DNA from: Octopus bimaculoides
Taxonomy: Eukaryota
Assembly: GCF_001194135.2 (NCBI RefSeq)
Contig: NC_068983.1
Span: 120,189,460-120,252,827 of the forward strand
Direction: 5' to 3'
Length of the DNA stretch: 63,368 nucleotides
Shown here one piece after another: positions 1 to 11,941 of the stretch. The translations under genes and the position numbers were made by a program. The notes under the pieces are model-generated. The model made no database searches and was not told the DNA's origin. It saw only the letters and a program-made list of their open reading frames with translations. Position 1 is the stretch's first letter, and each line of letters starts with the position of its first letter.

Positions 1-244
1 CAGATAAGGGATCGGGGGCCCTGTCAAAGGCTTTCTCCATGTCAACGAAAGCCAGGTACAGAGGTTTATCCTTAGCTAGGTATTTCTCCTGCAGCTGTCT
101 CACTAGAAATAAGGCATCAGTAGTGCTTTTACCTGGCACGAACCCAAACTGCATCTCATCTAAATTGATTCGCTCCCTAATTAGTTGGGCTATGACCCCC
201 TCTCTGTAACTTTCATAACCTGATCTAACAGCTTGATGCCTCTG

Positions 245-246
<2 letters not shown>
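1..246 (-). mobile_element. RTE-clade LINE reverse transcriptase fragment (frameshifted)
   Basis: Minus strand reads YRGIKLLDQVMKVTER/(+2G frameshift)/VIAQLIRERINLDEMQFGFVPGKSTTDALFLVRQLQEKYLAKDKPLYLAFVDMEKAFDR. Confidence 0.9.
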
Positions 247-292
<46 letters not shown>

Positions 293-1141
293 TGTATGCA
301 TAGGCATTGCTGTGGAAAGAAGCTTGTTTCCCAAGCACATGATTCTCAGTTCACTTCTACAGCATGTGATCTTGGGTGAGTGTTTTCTACTATAGTCTTG
401 GGCTGACCAAAGCCTTGTGAGTTGATTTAGTTAACAGAAACTGAAAGAAGCCCGATGTGTGTGTGTGTGTGCATGTGCGTGTTTGTGTGTTTTGTTGCAT
501 TTGGGATTTATGAAAGCCATTCACTGAAAATGATGTTGTCTTTGCTACTTCTATTAATAGATCACCTGCATGTGTTAAGCCTGCCTTCAGGGACCTCTCA
601 TTTGAAAAGCAGGTAAGGATTAATAACAGAAAGGGCATCCAGCAATAAAAGAAAATATGCCTCAATAATATAATGCACATATAAAACAAATGAATGAACA
701 AATGTATGTATAATAATGTTTGTTTTTATGTATAGTTTTATATGAAAACAGTCAAACCATTAGTAAAGGATCAATATTCTGGACATTTTAGTTGGATTAT
801 TCAATTACAAGTTTTGGCAATATTCTATGTTAATTAGATGTAGACAAACAGATAGATGGAGGGATTGATAGCTGGATGGATAAATAGATGGATGGAGAGA
901 GAGTGAGAGAGGGTGTGGGTAATGGTGAGGAAGAGAAAATTTGAGTAATGGACAAAATGTAATTCTGTAATTAACGGTTTCATGTGATTAGTGAAACCAA
1001 AGACACATGATGTTTGAAATGTCACCAGAGAATTTTATGAAGTATTAAAGAGATCTCAGCTACTTACATTCATAAAACATTCATTTTGACCTCATACAAA
1101 GCCTACATTACAACATGCAGGAAATTCATTTGAACTACTCA

Positions 1142-1144
<3 letters not shown>

Positions 1145-1198
<54 letters not shown>
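1145..1198. repeat. (TG)n microsatellite
   Basis: Direct reading. Confidence 0.98.
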
Positions 1199-1202
<4 letters not shown>

Positions 1203-2450
1203 GCTGTGTGGTAAGAGGTTTGCTTTCCAACTGCATGGTTCTAGGTTCGGTCTCACCTTGGGCAAGTGTCTTCAACTATGGCCTCAGGCCAATCAAAGAC
1301 TTGTGAATGGATTTGGTAGATGGAAACTGAAAGAAGCTTATTGTATGTGTATGTGTATGTGTGTGTGTGTGTGCATGCATGCGTTTGTGCATTTGTGCAT
1401 GTGTGTGTGTGTGTGTCTGAGGATGTTCCCCATTATCACTTGACAGATGGTGTTGTGTTTCCATCCCCATAACTAAGCAGTTCAGCAAAAGAAACTGATA
1501 GAATAAATACCAGGCCTGAAAAAAGTCCCTCAAGGGCATGTCCTGACATATCTTTGCCACCTTTCTCTGGCTATTGCTCTCCTTATCTTACTCATTGACT
1601 CACTAATCCTCTTTATCCTACTCTCTAATTCACCCTCCTTTTTTTCAACTGGGGTAACCTTTATGCTTCTTATTTCTCATCAACTGGCACAAAGCTACCA
1701 TCACCCTCATAACTAACCCCTTCCCCCAGCTGAAGGGGGTTTTCTCTTGCAAAATTACTTGGTGACCATGTTGATGCTGGTGCCAAGTAAAAAGTACCCA
1801 GTACACTCTGTAAAATGGTTGGTGCTAGGAAGGGCATCCAGCCATGGAAACCATAGATTCTGGTGCAGACAATGGAGCTTGGTGCAGTCCCTGGCCATGC
1901 CAGGATGGAAAACAGGTGTTAAATGATGATGATGACAATGATGATGATGGTAAATTCCTGATTTATTAAAATTATCTCCTTCTCTGAAGGATATCAGTTC
2001 TTTAAAATGATGCTCTTGTATAGCAAGAAAAGCTTGTGTCTCATACAGCTGCTGACATAGAGTCATATATTCCATTAACCTTGAGGTGATGTTATATGAT
2101 GTCACTTTTAATTCCCTTCAACTTGATATATATAGCAATTACAAAACAATGAAACATCTTATAACATTAATTGACAGTTGAAGTGGGAATTTTTTTGAAG
2201 TCAAAAAGCAAGATTTTTGGTAATTGCCCTCATGAGTGTAAATCCATTTAAGTGATGTTATTTCCCACTTTAAACTTGAACTCAGGAAGGATATTTAGTG
2301 GGGGAATAAAAAGACAGAGAAAAGACGAGTTATTCCCCATGGATTAATGTTGCATGTCAAACTGCAAAAATGTGAAATGAAAAATGTTAATAGTAGTAAT
2401 TCATTTTACTCTAGGCACAAGGCCTGGAATTTCGAGGGAAGGTGTTAGTC

Positions 2451-2623
2451 CAGGGGTCTCCAAAGTACCCAATATTGACCCCTGGTAGTTGATGGGACTA
2501 TTCACGGGGTCAATAAATGCCTAGAAACTGCACATCTACATTATTATTATCATTTATCTATTTTCTTGTACATGCCTGGGGGTCGATGAGGGGTCAATGG
2601 TCTAAAAAGTTTGGGGACCCTTG
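2451..2623. mobile_element. hAT-type MITE inserted in a SINE remnant
   Basis: Imperfect TIRs CAGGGGTCTCCAAAGT / AGTTTGGGGACCCTTG. Imperfect TSD TGTTAGTC / TTTAGTC. The flanks rejoin as SINE sequence. Confidence 0.7.
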
Positions 2624-2701
2624 TTTAGTCGATTACATTAACCCCAGTGCTCAACTGGTATCTGTTTTATAGATTCCAAAACTGCCATACATACTCACCT
2701 T

Positions 2702-2777
2702 GTCTCTGATGATGGAATACCCAGTGTACAGACATGGTAGCCTATCACTTGGGATATTCCAGAAACAACTGTAAGAC
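2702..2777 (+). ncRNA. Type I hammerhead ribozyme motif (Penelope pseudo-LTR / retrozyme-like)
   Basis: Stem I GTCT(2702-05)/AGAC(2774-77); CTGATGA 2706-12; long stem II TGGAATACCCAGTG/CACTTGGGATATTCCA; GAAA 2762-65; minimal stem III CAACTG; GTA cleavage triplet 2771-73. Confidence 0.75.
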
Positions 2778-2981
2778 TTCAAATTAACTTTACCTTAATT
2801 AAAGTATTATAAATGGCATGAGATACTCGTCCTGCATGAGATTGTGTTGTCCTTTTCCTCTAATATATACCTGCTAACATGAAAACCTAAAATGGATCCC
2901 TAGCTCCAGCCTCAACTGTGAACTTGGGACCTATTGGATGACCAGTTTTAGCACTTACTCAGAATACCTATTCGTTTAGAT

Positions 2982-3260
2982 CAGGGGTTTTCAAACTGTG
3001 GTCCGCAAGGACAAGACAGGGGGTCCGTAAACAGCAAATACTTTTTATGGGCAATTTGATTTTATATATGTTTTTTAATCGAAATCTTTTAATTGACAAT
3101 AAACCTATTTGTTAAATACTGTTAAATAAATAAATGTAAAAATATATGTTATTTTCAGCAAATATTTATGTATAAATTTCATAAGCATTTATAAGAGGGT
3201 CCCTAAGGTAAAGCCTGAAATATAAAGGGGTCCGCGAGTCAAAAAGTTTGAAAACCCCTG
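2982..3260. mobile_element. hAT (Charlie-like) MITE
   Basis: Perfect 16-bp TIR CAGGGGTTTTCAAACT. Perfect 8-bp TSD GTTTAGAT (2974-81, 3261-68). Confidence 0.95.
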
Positions 3261-4360
3261 GTTTAGATCACCAGTGAACAAAACACATCATNNNNNNNNN
3301 NNNNNNNNNNNNNNNNNNNNNNNNNNNNNNNNNNNNNNNNNNNNNNNNNNNNNNNNNNNNNNNNNNNNNNNNNNNNNNNNNNNNNNNNNNNNNNNNNNNN
3401 NNNNNNNNNNNNNNNNNNNNNNNNNNNNNNNNNNNNNNNNNNNNNNNNNNNNNNNNNNNNNNNNNNNNNNNNNNNNNNTATATATATATATATATATCAG
3501 GGGTGTATATTCCAGGTGTGCTAGGTGTGTGCTGCACATCTATCGAAAATGGCAAATTCATTATAAATATTAACTTTATTCATTAATTTAATAATAGATC
3601 TTAAAGGAAAACTTTTGTTATACGTCTGCTTGAAATTTAGTGGTATTGAGTGTGGCAGCACACCCAGTACCACAAAATACAACAACCATATGCCACTGAC
3701 CGACCTTCCTTCCTTCTTTAAGGAGCATGCACTGCCTAGACTTAACTGTTATTGCTGATGATATCTTCCATTTCCTTTAATAACAATTTGGTTTCTGTCG
3801 TTGTCATAACTAATCCATGGGGAATAACTCTTCCTTTCTTTTATATATATATATATTTTTTTATATTAGATTTTCACCTCCAATTTTTTTCCCCCAAAAT
3901 ATCGTTCCAGCCTTTTACTACCACTAAGCAAATCAGAAGTGTGTGTATTTCTAGCGCTAAAAAGATTTGCTACTACCAGCAGATCTGAAAAGTCATCAAT
4001 ACCATAAAGTGATAATATTTGATGGTAGGTAAAATCTCAACCTGTTATATGCCAAATGAATTGACCCTGGTACTTTTTCCTCTTCTTGTTAAGACTGGTA
4101 CTTATTCTATCGGTCTCTTTTGCTAACCCGCGTAGTTACACACCAACACGAGTTATCAAGTGGTAGTGAAGGAAAACAGAGGCAAACATACACACACAGA
4201 CACAGGAGTGGCTGTGTCGTAAGTAGCTTGCTTACCAACCACATGGTTCCGGGTTCAGTCCCACTGCGTGGCACCTTGGGCAAGTGTCTTCAACTATAGC
4301 CTCGGGCCGACCAAAGCCTTGTGAGTGGATTTGGTAGACGGAAACTGAAAGAAGACCGTC

Positions 4361-4495
4361 GTGTGAAAAAGTGCCACTCCCTAACAGTTGAGGGAACCCG
4401 TGGAAGAGGTAGGCCCAGGAAGACCTGGGCTGAGGTGGTGAGGCAAGACCTTTGAACGTTGGGCCTCACCGAGGCGATGACTACTGACCGAGACC
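4361..4495 (+). mobile_element. RTE LINE 3' coding fragment joined to a SINE 5' half
   Basis: Encodes RGRGRPRKTWAEVVRQDL..LGLTEAMTTDRD, nearly identical to 33182-33280. Directly follows the SINE head at 4205-4360 and ends at a gap. Confidence 0.85.
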
Positions 4496-5553
4496 NNNNN
4501 NNNNNNNNNNNNNNNNNNNNNNNNNNNNNNNNNNNNNNNNNNNNNNNNNNNNNNNNNNNNNNNNNNNNNNNNNNNNNNNNNNNNNNNNNNNNNNNNNNNN
4601 NNNNNNNNNNNNNNNNNNNNNNNNNNNNNNNNNNNNNNNNNNNNNNNNNNNNNNNNNNNNNNNNNNNNNNNNNNNNNNNNNNNNNNNNNNNNNNNNNNNN
4701 NNNNNNNNNNNNNNNNNNNNNNNNNNNNNNNNNNNNNNNNNNNNNNNNNNNNNNNNNNNNNNNNNNNNNNNNNNNNNNNNNNNNNNNNNNNNNNNNNNNN
4801 NNNNNNNNNNNNNNNNNNNNNNNNNNNNNNNNNNNNNNNNNNNNNNNNNNNNNNNNNNNNNNNNNNNNNNNNNNNNNNNNNNNNNNNNNNNNNNNNNNNN
4901 NNNNNNNNNNNNNNNNNNNNNNNNNNNNNNNNNNNNNNNNNNNNNNNNNNNNNNNNNNNNNNNNNNNNNNNNNNNNNNNNNNNNNNNNNNNNNNNNNNNN
5001 NNNNNNNNNNNNNNNNNNNNNNNNNNNNNNNNNNNNNNNNNNNNNNNNNNNNNNNNNNNNNNNNNNNNNNNNNNNNNNNNNNNNNNNNNNNNNNNNNNNN
5101 NNNNNNNNNNNNNNNNNNNNNNNNNNNNNNNNNNNNNNNNNNNNNNNNNNNNNNNNNNNNNNNNNNNNNNNNNNNNNNNNNNNNNNNNNNNNNNNNNNNN
5201 NNNNNNNNNNNNNNNNNNNNNNNNNNNNNNNNNNNNNNNNNNNNNNNNNNNNNNNNNNNNNNNNNNNNNNNNNNNNNNNNNNNNNNNNNNNNNNNNNNNN
5301 NNNNNNNNNNNNNNNNNNNNNNNNNNNTTTTTTATCTTTTAGTTCTTTTCAGTCATTTGACTGTGGCCAAGCTTGGGTACCTTCTTGAAGGGTTTTTAGT
5401 TGAACAAATCAACCTTAAAACTTATTTTTTGAATCCTAGTACTTATTCTATCAGTATCTTTTGTCAAACCACTAAATGCGGCAACATAAACACACCAACA
5501 CTGGTTGTCAAGCAGTGGTGGTGGACAAACACACACATACACACACACATATG

Positions 5554-5598
<45 letters not shown>

Positions 5599-5839
5599 TC
5601 TGACGTGTAATCACGGGAATGTGAGTTCGAGTCCACAGCTAACCACCTACACTTATATATATATATATTCCATGCATGTGGGAAGAGCGCTGGCAAGATA
5701 TGCAACATGAAGGAAGCTTGAACATCAACAGTGGAAAACATAAAATAGAACTGTAAGATGAAATGCAATTATGTTAAAAGAACGTGCATTTATAAAACAA
5801 TGAAAAATTATTGCCTAAATACTTTTAAGTGTTCCAAGA

Positions 5840-6070
5840 TATCACAAAGGAATTTAATATGGCTGCTCTTGGAAGCTCCTCTACTCTGATGACCTTGTTC
5901 ATATTGCTGAATCACTACAGAAGTAGAGAAGACATTTCAGGTATCAAAGCAAGGGCTAGAGTCAAATGACCTCAGAATTAATTGAGCAAAGACCAAAGTC
6001 CAAATAAGTAAGAAAACAGACAAATCACAGATCCCTTCAGGGAGAAACTTCATACAATGTACCCAGTGCA
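5840..6070 (+). mobile_element. Degenerate RTE RT fragment
   Basis: GCSWKLLYSDDLVHIAESL...KQGLESNDLRIN.AKTKVQISKKTDKSQIPSGR, homologous to the 29.2-kb copy. Confidence 0.75.
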
Positions 6071-6350
6071 AGAAGTGTATTGTTTGTTTATATATAACAA
6101 ACAATTATATAATCAAATATTGTTGCATACAAAATGAAACTGAAGTGAAGTAAGTCAATATGTAGATATATAATAGCAATGCAATCTTAGCATTACTAAT
6201 GTTGAAAATAAAAATATTAAAAGAATATCTATTGTTCTTAAAGCAATGAAAGCATACAACAGTTCAAAATATAAAATTTAGAGCAGACAGCTATAAAATG
6301 AAATATTGCAAAGCATTGTTAACACAATATGAACATGATGAATAAAGAGT

Positions 6351-6620
6351 GAAGGCGTGTGGCTTAGTGGTTAGGGCATTCGGCTCACGATCGTAAGGTC
6401 GTGAGTTCAATTGCCGGCAGCGTGTTGTGTCCTTGAGCAAGACACTTTATTTCACGTTGCTCCAGTCCACTCAGCTGGCAAAAATGAGTAGTACCTGTAT
6501 TTCAAAGGGCCGGCTTTGTCACACTCTGTGTCATGCTGAATCTCCCTGAGAACTACGTTACACGTGTCTGAGGATTGCTCAGTCACTTGCACGTTAATTT
6601 CACGAGCAAGCTGTTCTGTT
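6351..6620 (+). mobile_element. Related tRNA-headed SINE (variant head, 3' truncated)
   Basis: TGGCTTAGTGG A box and GTTCAATT B-like box. Shares its body (CTGAATCTCCCTGAGAACTACGTT...) with the 47914 copy. Confidence 0.85.
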
Positions 6621-6689
6621 CTCACGATTTCTCCAATAAAAGGTCCTGTCCCAAAGTGTCAGATACCATGAATGAATAAAAGACAGTGA

Positions 6690-7073
6690 CAACAGAGACA
6701 ACATTTCACACAGAAAAGCAGCTTCACATGTGCTTTTGAGAACCTGATATATGCCCTAACTTGCTTTGGGTGTCAAGAGCAATACATAGGCCAAACAAAA
6801 AACAGTCTACATCAAAGGATGGCTCTGCACAGATCCCAGATCAAAATTCCCAAAAGCAGAAAAATAGCATTCAGCCAATACATCGACATTTGCGCCAATA
6901 ACAAAAATCCAAGCTTCAGAATTTTTCCCCTCTATCAATTCAGGGATGATACAACCTGTAGCCAACAAATTAGTAAAGAGTCTTTCTTTATCACAAAATA
7001 CAGACCCCTTTTGAATGCATCTACAACAAATGACATATCCACCACAACCTTAGAACACACACACAAATATTAA
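6690..7073 (+). mobile_element. Penelope-like element GIY-YIG endonuclease fragment
   Basis: Open frame FTCAFENLIYALTCFGCQEQYIGQTKNSLHQRMALHRSQI...FRIFPLYQF...KESFFITKYRPLLN. Shows LIY...CxxC...YIG, a downstream R/H and the C-terminal E...P.LN motif. Confidence 0.8.
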
Positions 7074-7399
7074 AAATGATACATTCAAAAGAAATACCCA
7101 AGAATTCATTAAAAACAGTCCCAATCACTGCTATAATCCACAAGCCACTTTTAGGTCACTTGACCATTTAACATCCTACTACTATCATACCATCCCACAT
7201 TATTCTTTCTTTTCATCTCCTTCTCCTTCTTCTTCTTCCTCTTCACCACCTCCTTCCTTACTTTACTACTACTGCTGTCTAGAATAACATAACCATTTAA
7301 CATCCTACTACTATCATAGCACTCCGGCATTCTTTTGTTGTTGTTGTTGTTCTTCTTCTTTTTCTTCTTCTTCTCCTCCTCCTCCTCCTCCTCTCCTCC

Positions 7400-8400
7400 T
7401 TCTTGATGGGTGCCTCTTGCAGTAGGTGTTAAGAGAGTTACCACCAATGCTGATACATGTCATCATTCCATCATGGAACTTTTCATTCAATGTTTTGTCT
7501 TTTTTGGTTGGGCTGGTCATAGTATGCAACACAAAAGAGACATTATAAATCAAGTGATGCACTGGCCTATTAAAGTGATGAAGGGTCTAACACAGGTCCA
7601 ATCCTACTCTCTAAGTAGGCTATGCATTTACCCCAAAAGAACTAGAGAACTGGTCTACATCATTGGATGCAAATAAAGTTGCAGGTGTTGTATTAGCTTT
7701 CCTTCTCTTAAAGAAATGTCTAAACAAAGACTACGGGGTCTCTCACCCCCAGCTATTGGATGGCTTTTAACTCAATTGGATTCATCTTCTTTTTGACAGT
7801 TTAGTTTTGTCCTACTGGCTGTCCGATGAAAACCACTCTCCTTTCCAAATAGGATTGGTAGAGCTGCTGGTTTAGTCACTGACCATGCAAAATAAATTCA
7901 TATGATGGCTGTCCACTTGTGACCAAGGAAGGCCACCACTGACCATTGTCCATATAAAGCACCAGCAATACCTGTGCATAATGTTATTTCACCTTCGGTT
8001 GGCTTCAACTAGTTGTGCACCTGCAGCTTCCAGGCTTGCATGCACCCCCTCCCATTTCACCAGGTATCAGAAAGTTACTTTGCTGGTGATTCCACAACTT
8101 AAATTTTAGACCTAATAAGGCTTGCACAGCACCTCACAGACCCTCTCCACTCTACTGATGTGATCCAGAGACAGGCATGGCAAGATATCCAGAGTCAATA
8201 GGGGTCGCAGGCTCAGGAATGTGAGAGTGCCATGATTTCAAAGGCAAGCAAAAGATACCCCAAATGTTGGATGCCATTCCCTGCATGTCTGGTTTTATAT
8301 CTGAGTGACTTTCACATAGACACATGGTTTAACAAAAGCTGAGGGGAGCTTCACTCCCACAGGTCTTCCAGCAAGCTGGATAACAACCCCGAATTTCTGA
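7400..8400 (-). mobile_element. Possible highly degenerate LINE 5'/APE-endonuclease remnant
   Basis: Only weak motif similarity (TSPTKKDKTLNEKFHD resembles YAPT...E.FYDD). Confidence 0.3.
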
Positions 8401-8559
8401 AGGTCGTGCTATATTGCTACATATTCGTTGAACCTAGACTTGGTACATTCGTCCTTTTTAACATGTCTGTACATACATACGTACATAAACCGGCTTTCTC
8501 TATCGACAAGAAATCTTGGAATAAAAATGAATTATCACACACACACACAAACACACATC

Positions 8560-8820
8560 CATCCATACAACTGCACCCGCACGCGCACAGCCACGCTCAA
8601 ATGAGGGCTAAGAGTCTATTTTCAAACTAACATGATAACGAAACTACACTGTGCACAGACACACAACCACGTGTGACGTAACAAACATTTTCTTTCCCGC
8701 TGAAGTGAAAGACAAAAGGGAAACAATTTTGCCGTACAGCTCATGTTAAATACAAATACTGTATCTAGCAAAGAGGATAAATACATACGTTACATATATA
8801 TATATATAAATACATACGTT

Positions 8821-8899
<79 letters not shown>

Positions 8900-9327
8900 C
8901 GTATGTATGTATATAAATATATGTGTTTACTTGCTCTTAAATATCATCACTGCCACTGTCACTTACAATGTAATAAGTCCAAATGTTTCCTTGTTATTGA
9001 ACTTCCATTATTTTATTGCGTTCATGCCATATCCGCTTGCAGAAGATATTATTTAATTTTGTTTCTCTAACTCCGGTATTTCTGTACACTTGTATACACA
9101 CACACACACACACAATCTTCATCTGTTTGTCTCTATACAAACACATATATTTATATATTCTCACACACACACATATGTAACACAGACTGATATCAATACA
9201 TACGCGTACACAAAGACACTATTACAAACTGACACAAATTACAGGCTGACATTTCGTTGTTACTGTGGTGGTGATAGTGTTGTTCTGTGACAGTGTTCAT
9301 TCTGACGCCGAGGAGACAGAGAGTAGC
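8560..9327. promoter_or_regulatory. Probable promoter / 5'UTR region of the GDE1-like gene
   Basis: CpG is retained locally in an otherwise CpG-poor window. Adjacent CACGTG (8668-8673) and TGACGTAA (8674-8681). Lies immediately upstream of coding exon 1. Confidence 0.4.
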
Positions 9328-9663
9328 ATGTATCTCTGGAGTCCGTTCACCTTCTATACATTTTGGATTGGGCTCTTTTTCTGTGTGGCTTTTGCAGGCG
9401 TTTATGTATTCGTGTTGCTGTTGACAGTGGGATGGGCCATTCTCTGGTGGTACCATATTCCCCAACTGCCCGAAGAACGGGTGACATGTGTCCTCGGTTC
9501 ACTTAATTCTACCAGCGGTTCAGTAGAACAATGCAGTCCACAAAACATCAACTGCAATTCAGACGAACACGGCGACAGACGTAGCATCGCAGCACCGTTT
9601 CTAGTCGCACATCGTGGTGGTGCTATTGATGCGCCTGAGAACACCATCGAAGCTTTCAAAATA
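9328..9663 (+). CDS. GDE1: GDE1-like glycerophosphodiester phosphodiesterase, coding exon 1 (N-terminal hydrophobic segment and catalytic HRG motif)
   Basis: First in-frame ATG after an in-frame TGA at 9247. Reads MYLWSPFTFYTFWIGLFF...FLVAHRGGAIDAPENTIEAFKI, matching the GDPD motif AHRG..xxPENT. Donor GTAAGT at 9664, phase 0. Confidence 0.93.
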
Positions 9664-9815
9664 GTAAGTTTTTTTAATTTTTTTTACCGCATATACATAT
9701 ACACTTATATGAAAACTGGAAAATTCATGCATACACACTTAAATACAAATATAAACAAGTAAACGGCCTGCCGGGCGATCACGCTATTTATTATACCAAA
9801 TAGGTTCTACTTCTA

Positions 9816-10106
9816 GGTACTACTAAAGCAGCACGGACCCGAACGCGCAGTCGCGCGTCCGCGCTAGCTAGTCTTGAGTGGTCGATCCTAACCCTAACCC
9901 TATCCCTAACCCTAACCCTAACCCTGTCCCTAACCCTAACCCTAACCCTAACCCTATCCCTAACCCTAACCCTATCCCTAACCCGCGTGTGCAAATGAAT
10001 ACATGTTTAGGGTTAGGAATAGGGTTAGGGTTAGGATCGACCACTCACGACTAGCTAGCGCGGACGCGCGACTGCGCGTTCGGGACCGTGCTGCTTTAGT
10101 AGTACC
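9816..10106. mobile_element. Foldback/Mutator-like non-autonomous element containing telomeric repeats
   Basis: About 100-bp TIRs with 3 mismatches, starting GGTACTACTAAAGC. Perfect 9-bp TSD CTACTTCTA (9807-15, 10107-15). About 16 CCCTAA-type units at 9887-9984 and TTAGGG units at 10007-10035. Confidence 0.9.
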
Positions 10107-11209
10107 CTACTTCTATAGATCAGAGATTCTTTCCATACAGAATATAGCAGGAAGCTGACAGCACAAATGATGTTGCATTTGCCAAGTTTCATCAACCAAA
10201 TGACTTTCTCTTTTAATTACGCAATCGTCTTTAGTGATCTCTTAAATCATTTACAACGACATTAGTTTGTCGTCTTTTGCGAAACATAATGTTCTGTGTA
10301 GCATAACCTCATCTGGTCCGTATTAAAATAACTTACTACTTCGAAAACTCTTCATTCCCTGTGTCCATGCGAGTTCACGTGTGTATGTGTAAGTGAATTT
10401 GTGCGCGCGCGCGTGTATGTATGTATGTATGTATGTAAGTATTAGTGCGTCTATAGAATGTTGTATGCTTTCTGTGTTTATATATATANNNNNNNNNNNN
10501 NNNNNNNNNNNNNNNNNNNNNNNNNNNNNNNNNNNNNNNNNNNNNNNNNNNNNNNNNNNNNNNNNNNNNNNNNNNNNNNNNNNNNNNNNNNNNNNNNNNN
10601 NNNNNNNNNNNNNNNNNNNNNNNNNNNNNNNNNNNNNNNNNNNNNNNNNNNNNNNNNNNNNNNNNNNNNNNNNNNNNNNNNNNNNNNNNNNNNNNNNNNN
10701 NNNNNNNNNNNNNNNNNNNNNNNNNNNNNNNNNNNNNNNNNNNNNNNNNNNNNNNNNNNNNNNNNNNNNNNNNNNNNNNNNNNNNNNNNNNNNNNNNNNN
10801 NNNNNNNNNNNNNNNNNNNNNNNNNNNNNNNNNNNNNNNNNNNNNNNNNNNNNNNNNNNNNNNNNNNNNNNNNNNNNNNNNNNNNNNNNNNNNNNNNNNN
10901 NNNNNNNNNNNNNNNNNNNNNNNNNNNNNNNNNNNNNNNNNNNNNNNNNNNNNNNNNNNNNNNNNNNNNNNNNNNNNNNNNNNNNNNNNNNNNNNNNNNN
11001 NNNNNNNNNNNNNNNNNNNNNNNNNNNNNNNNNNNNNNNNNNNNNNNNNNNNNNNNNNNNNNNNNNNNNNNNNNNNNNNNNNNNNNNNNNNNNNNNNNNN
11101 NNNNNNNNNNNNNNNNNNNNNNNNNNNNNNNNNNNNNNNNNNNNNNNNNNNNNNNNNNNNNNNNNNNNNNNNNNNNNNNNNNNNNNNNNNNNNNNNNNNN
11201 NNNNNNNNN

Positions 11210-11213
11210 ATAT

Positions 11214-11256
<43 letters not shown>
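11210..11256. repeat. (GATA)n microsatellite
   Basis: Direct reading; adjoins a gap. Confidence 0.95.
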
Positions 11257-11592
11257 TGCGTGCGTGCGCATTTATATATCTATACGTGTGTCCCCGACAA
11301 AGTCCTAGTTTCGAAGATCAAATTTTATCCCTTGTGATGATTGTTCTCATTGTCGATATTTTTCGATTAAGTCTAGCAAATCAATCAAGTAAACATGAGG
11401 ATTACAGTTGTTAGCAGTAATCACTTCGAGTTAGCTTGGATAGATTGTGTTGAGCTGTTATTATATCCTCTTGCGATCCGGTTGCCAAGTTGGAATAGCA
11501 GCACATCTTAGATCTGATTACACTCCAGACACGATAGATTGTCGGAGTTAAGTGTTCATATTACTCAAACACATGACTGATAAATAAATGAC

Positions 11593-11700
11593 ACGTAGAT
11601 GCATCGGGACCTCTGTACTTAAATACAGAGGTCCCGATGCATCTACGTAACCCTAAAACCAACCCTGATACTAACCCTAACCCTAGCACTAACGCTAACG
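11593..11700. repeat. 56-bp near-perfect palindrome followed by degenerate CCCTAA-like repeats
   Basis: ACGTAGATGCATCGGGACCTCTGTA-CTTAAA-TACAGAGGTCCCGATGCATCTACGT (11593-11648), then aaccctaaaaccaaccctgatactaaccctaaccctag. Confidence 0.85.
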
Positions 11701-11941
11701 AATTTGCACTGCAAAACCGTATCGTTACGTATTAGTATCGGGAGCTTTGTATTTGTTTCCTACACATTTTTTTACACCCGTTGCACTATTTTTTTTTCTG
11801 ATTTTCGTTTCCGAGTAAAGTTGTAAACATTAACCTTGACTTTTTTTGATCGGGGCAGAAAGTCCAAAATATCTGGTTGGAACACGTGGAAAATGGAACT
11901 TTGGAAATTGTGAAGAAATATTTGAAAATGAAGAGGCAGAG

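Noticed and set aside
1755-2105. 116-aa minus-strand ORF as a gene
   Set aside because: Half is the antisense of an RTE-tail repeat including the (GAT)n tail. The remainder has no convincing donor or recognisable motif.
5886-5892. CTGATGA as a hammerhead core
   Set aside because: It is the coding sequence of the RT Y(S)DD motif, and no GAAA/stem III follows.
9887-9984. True telomere or chromosome end
   Set aside because: Only about 16 units, embedded in a TIR element with a TSD inside an intron.
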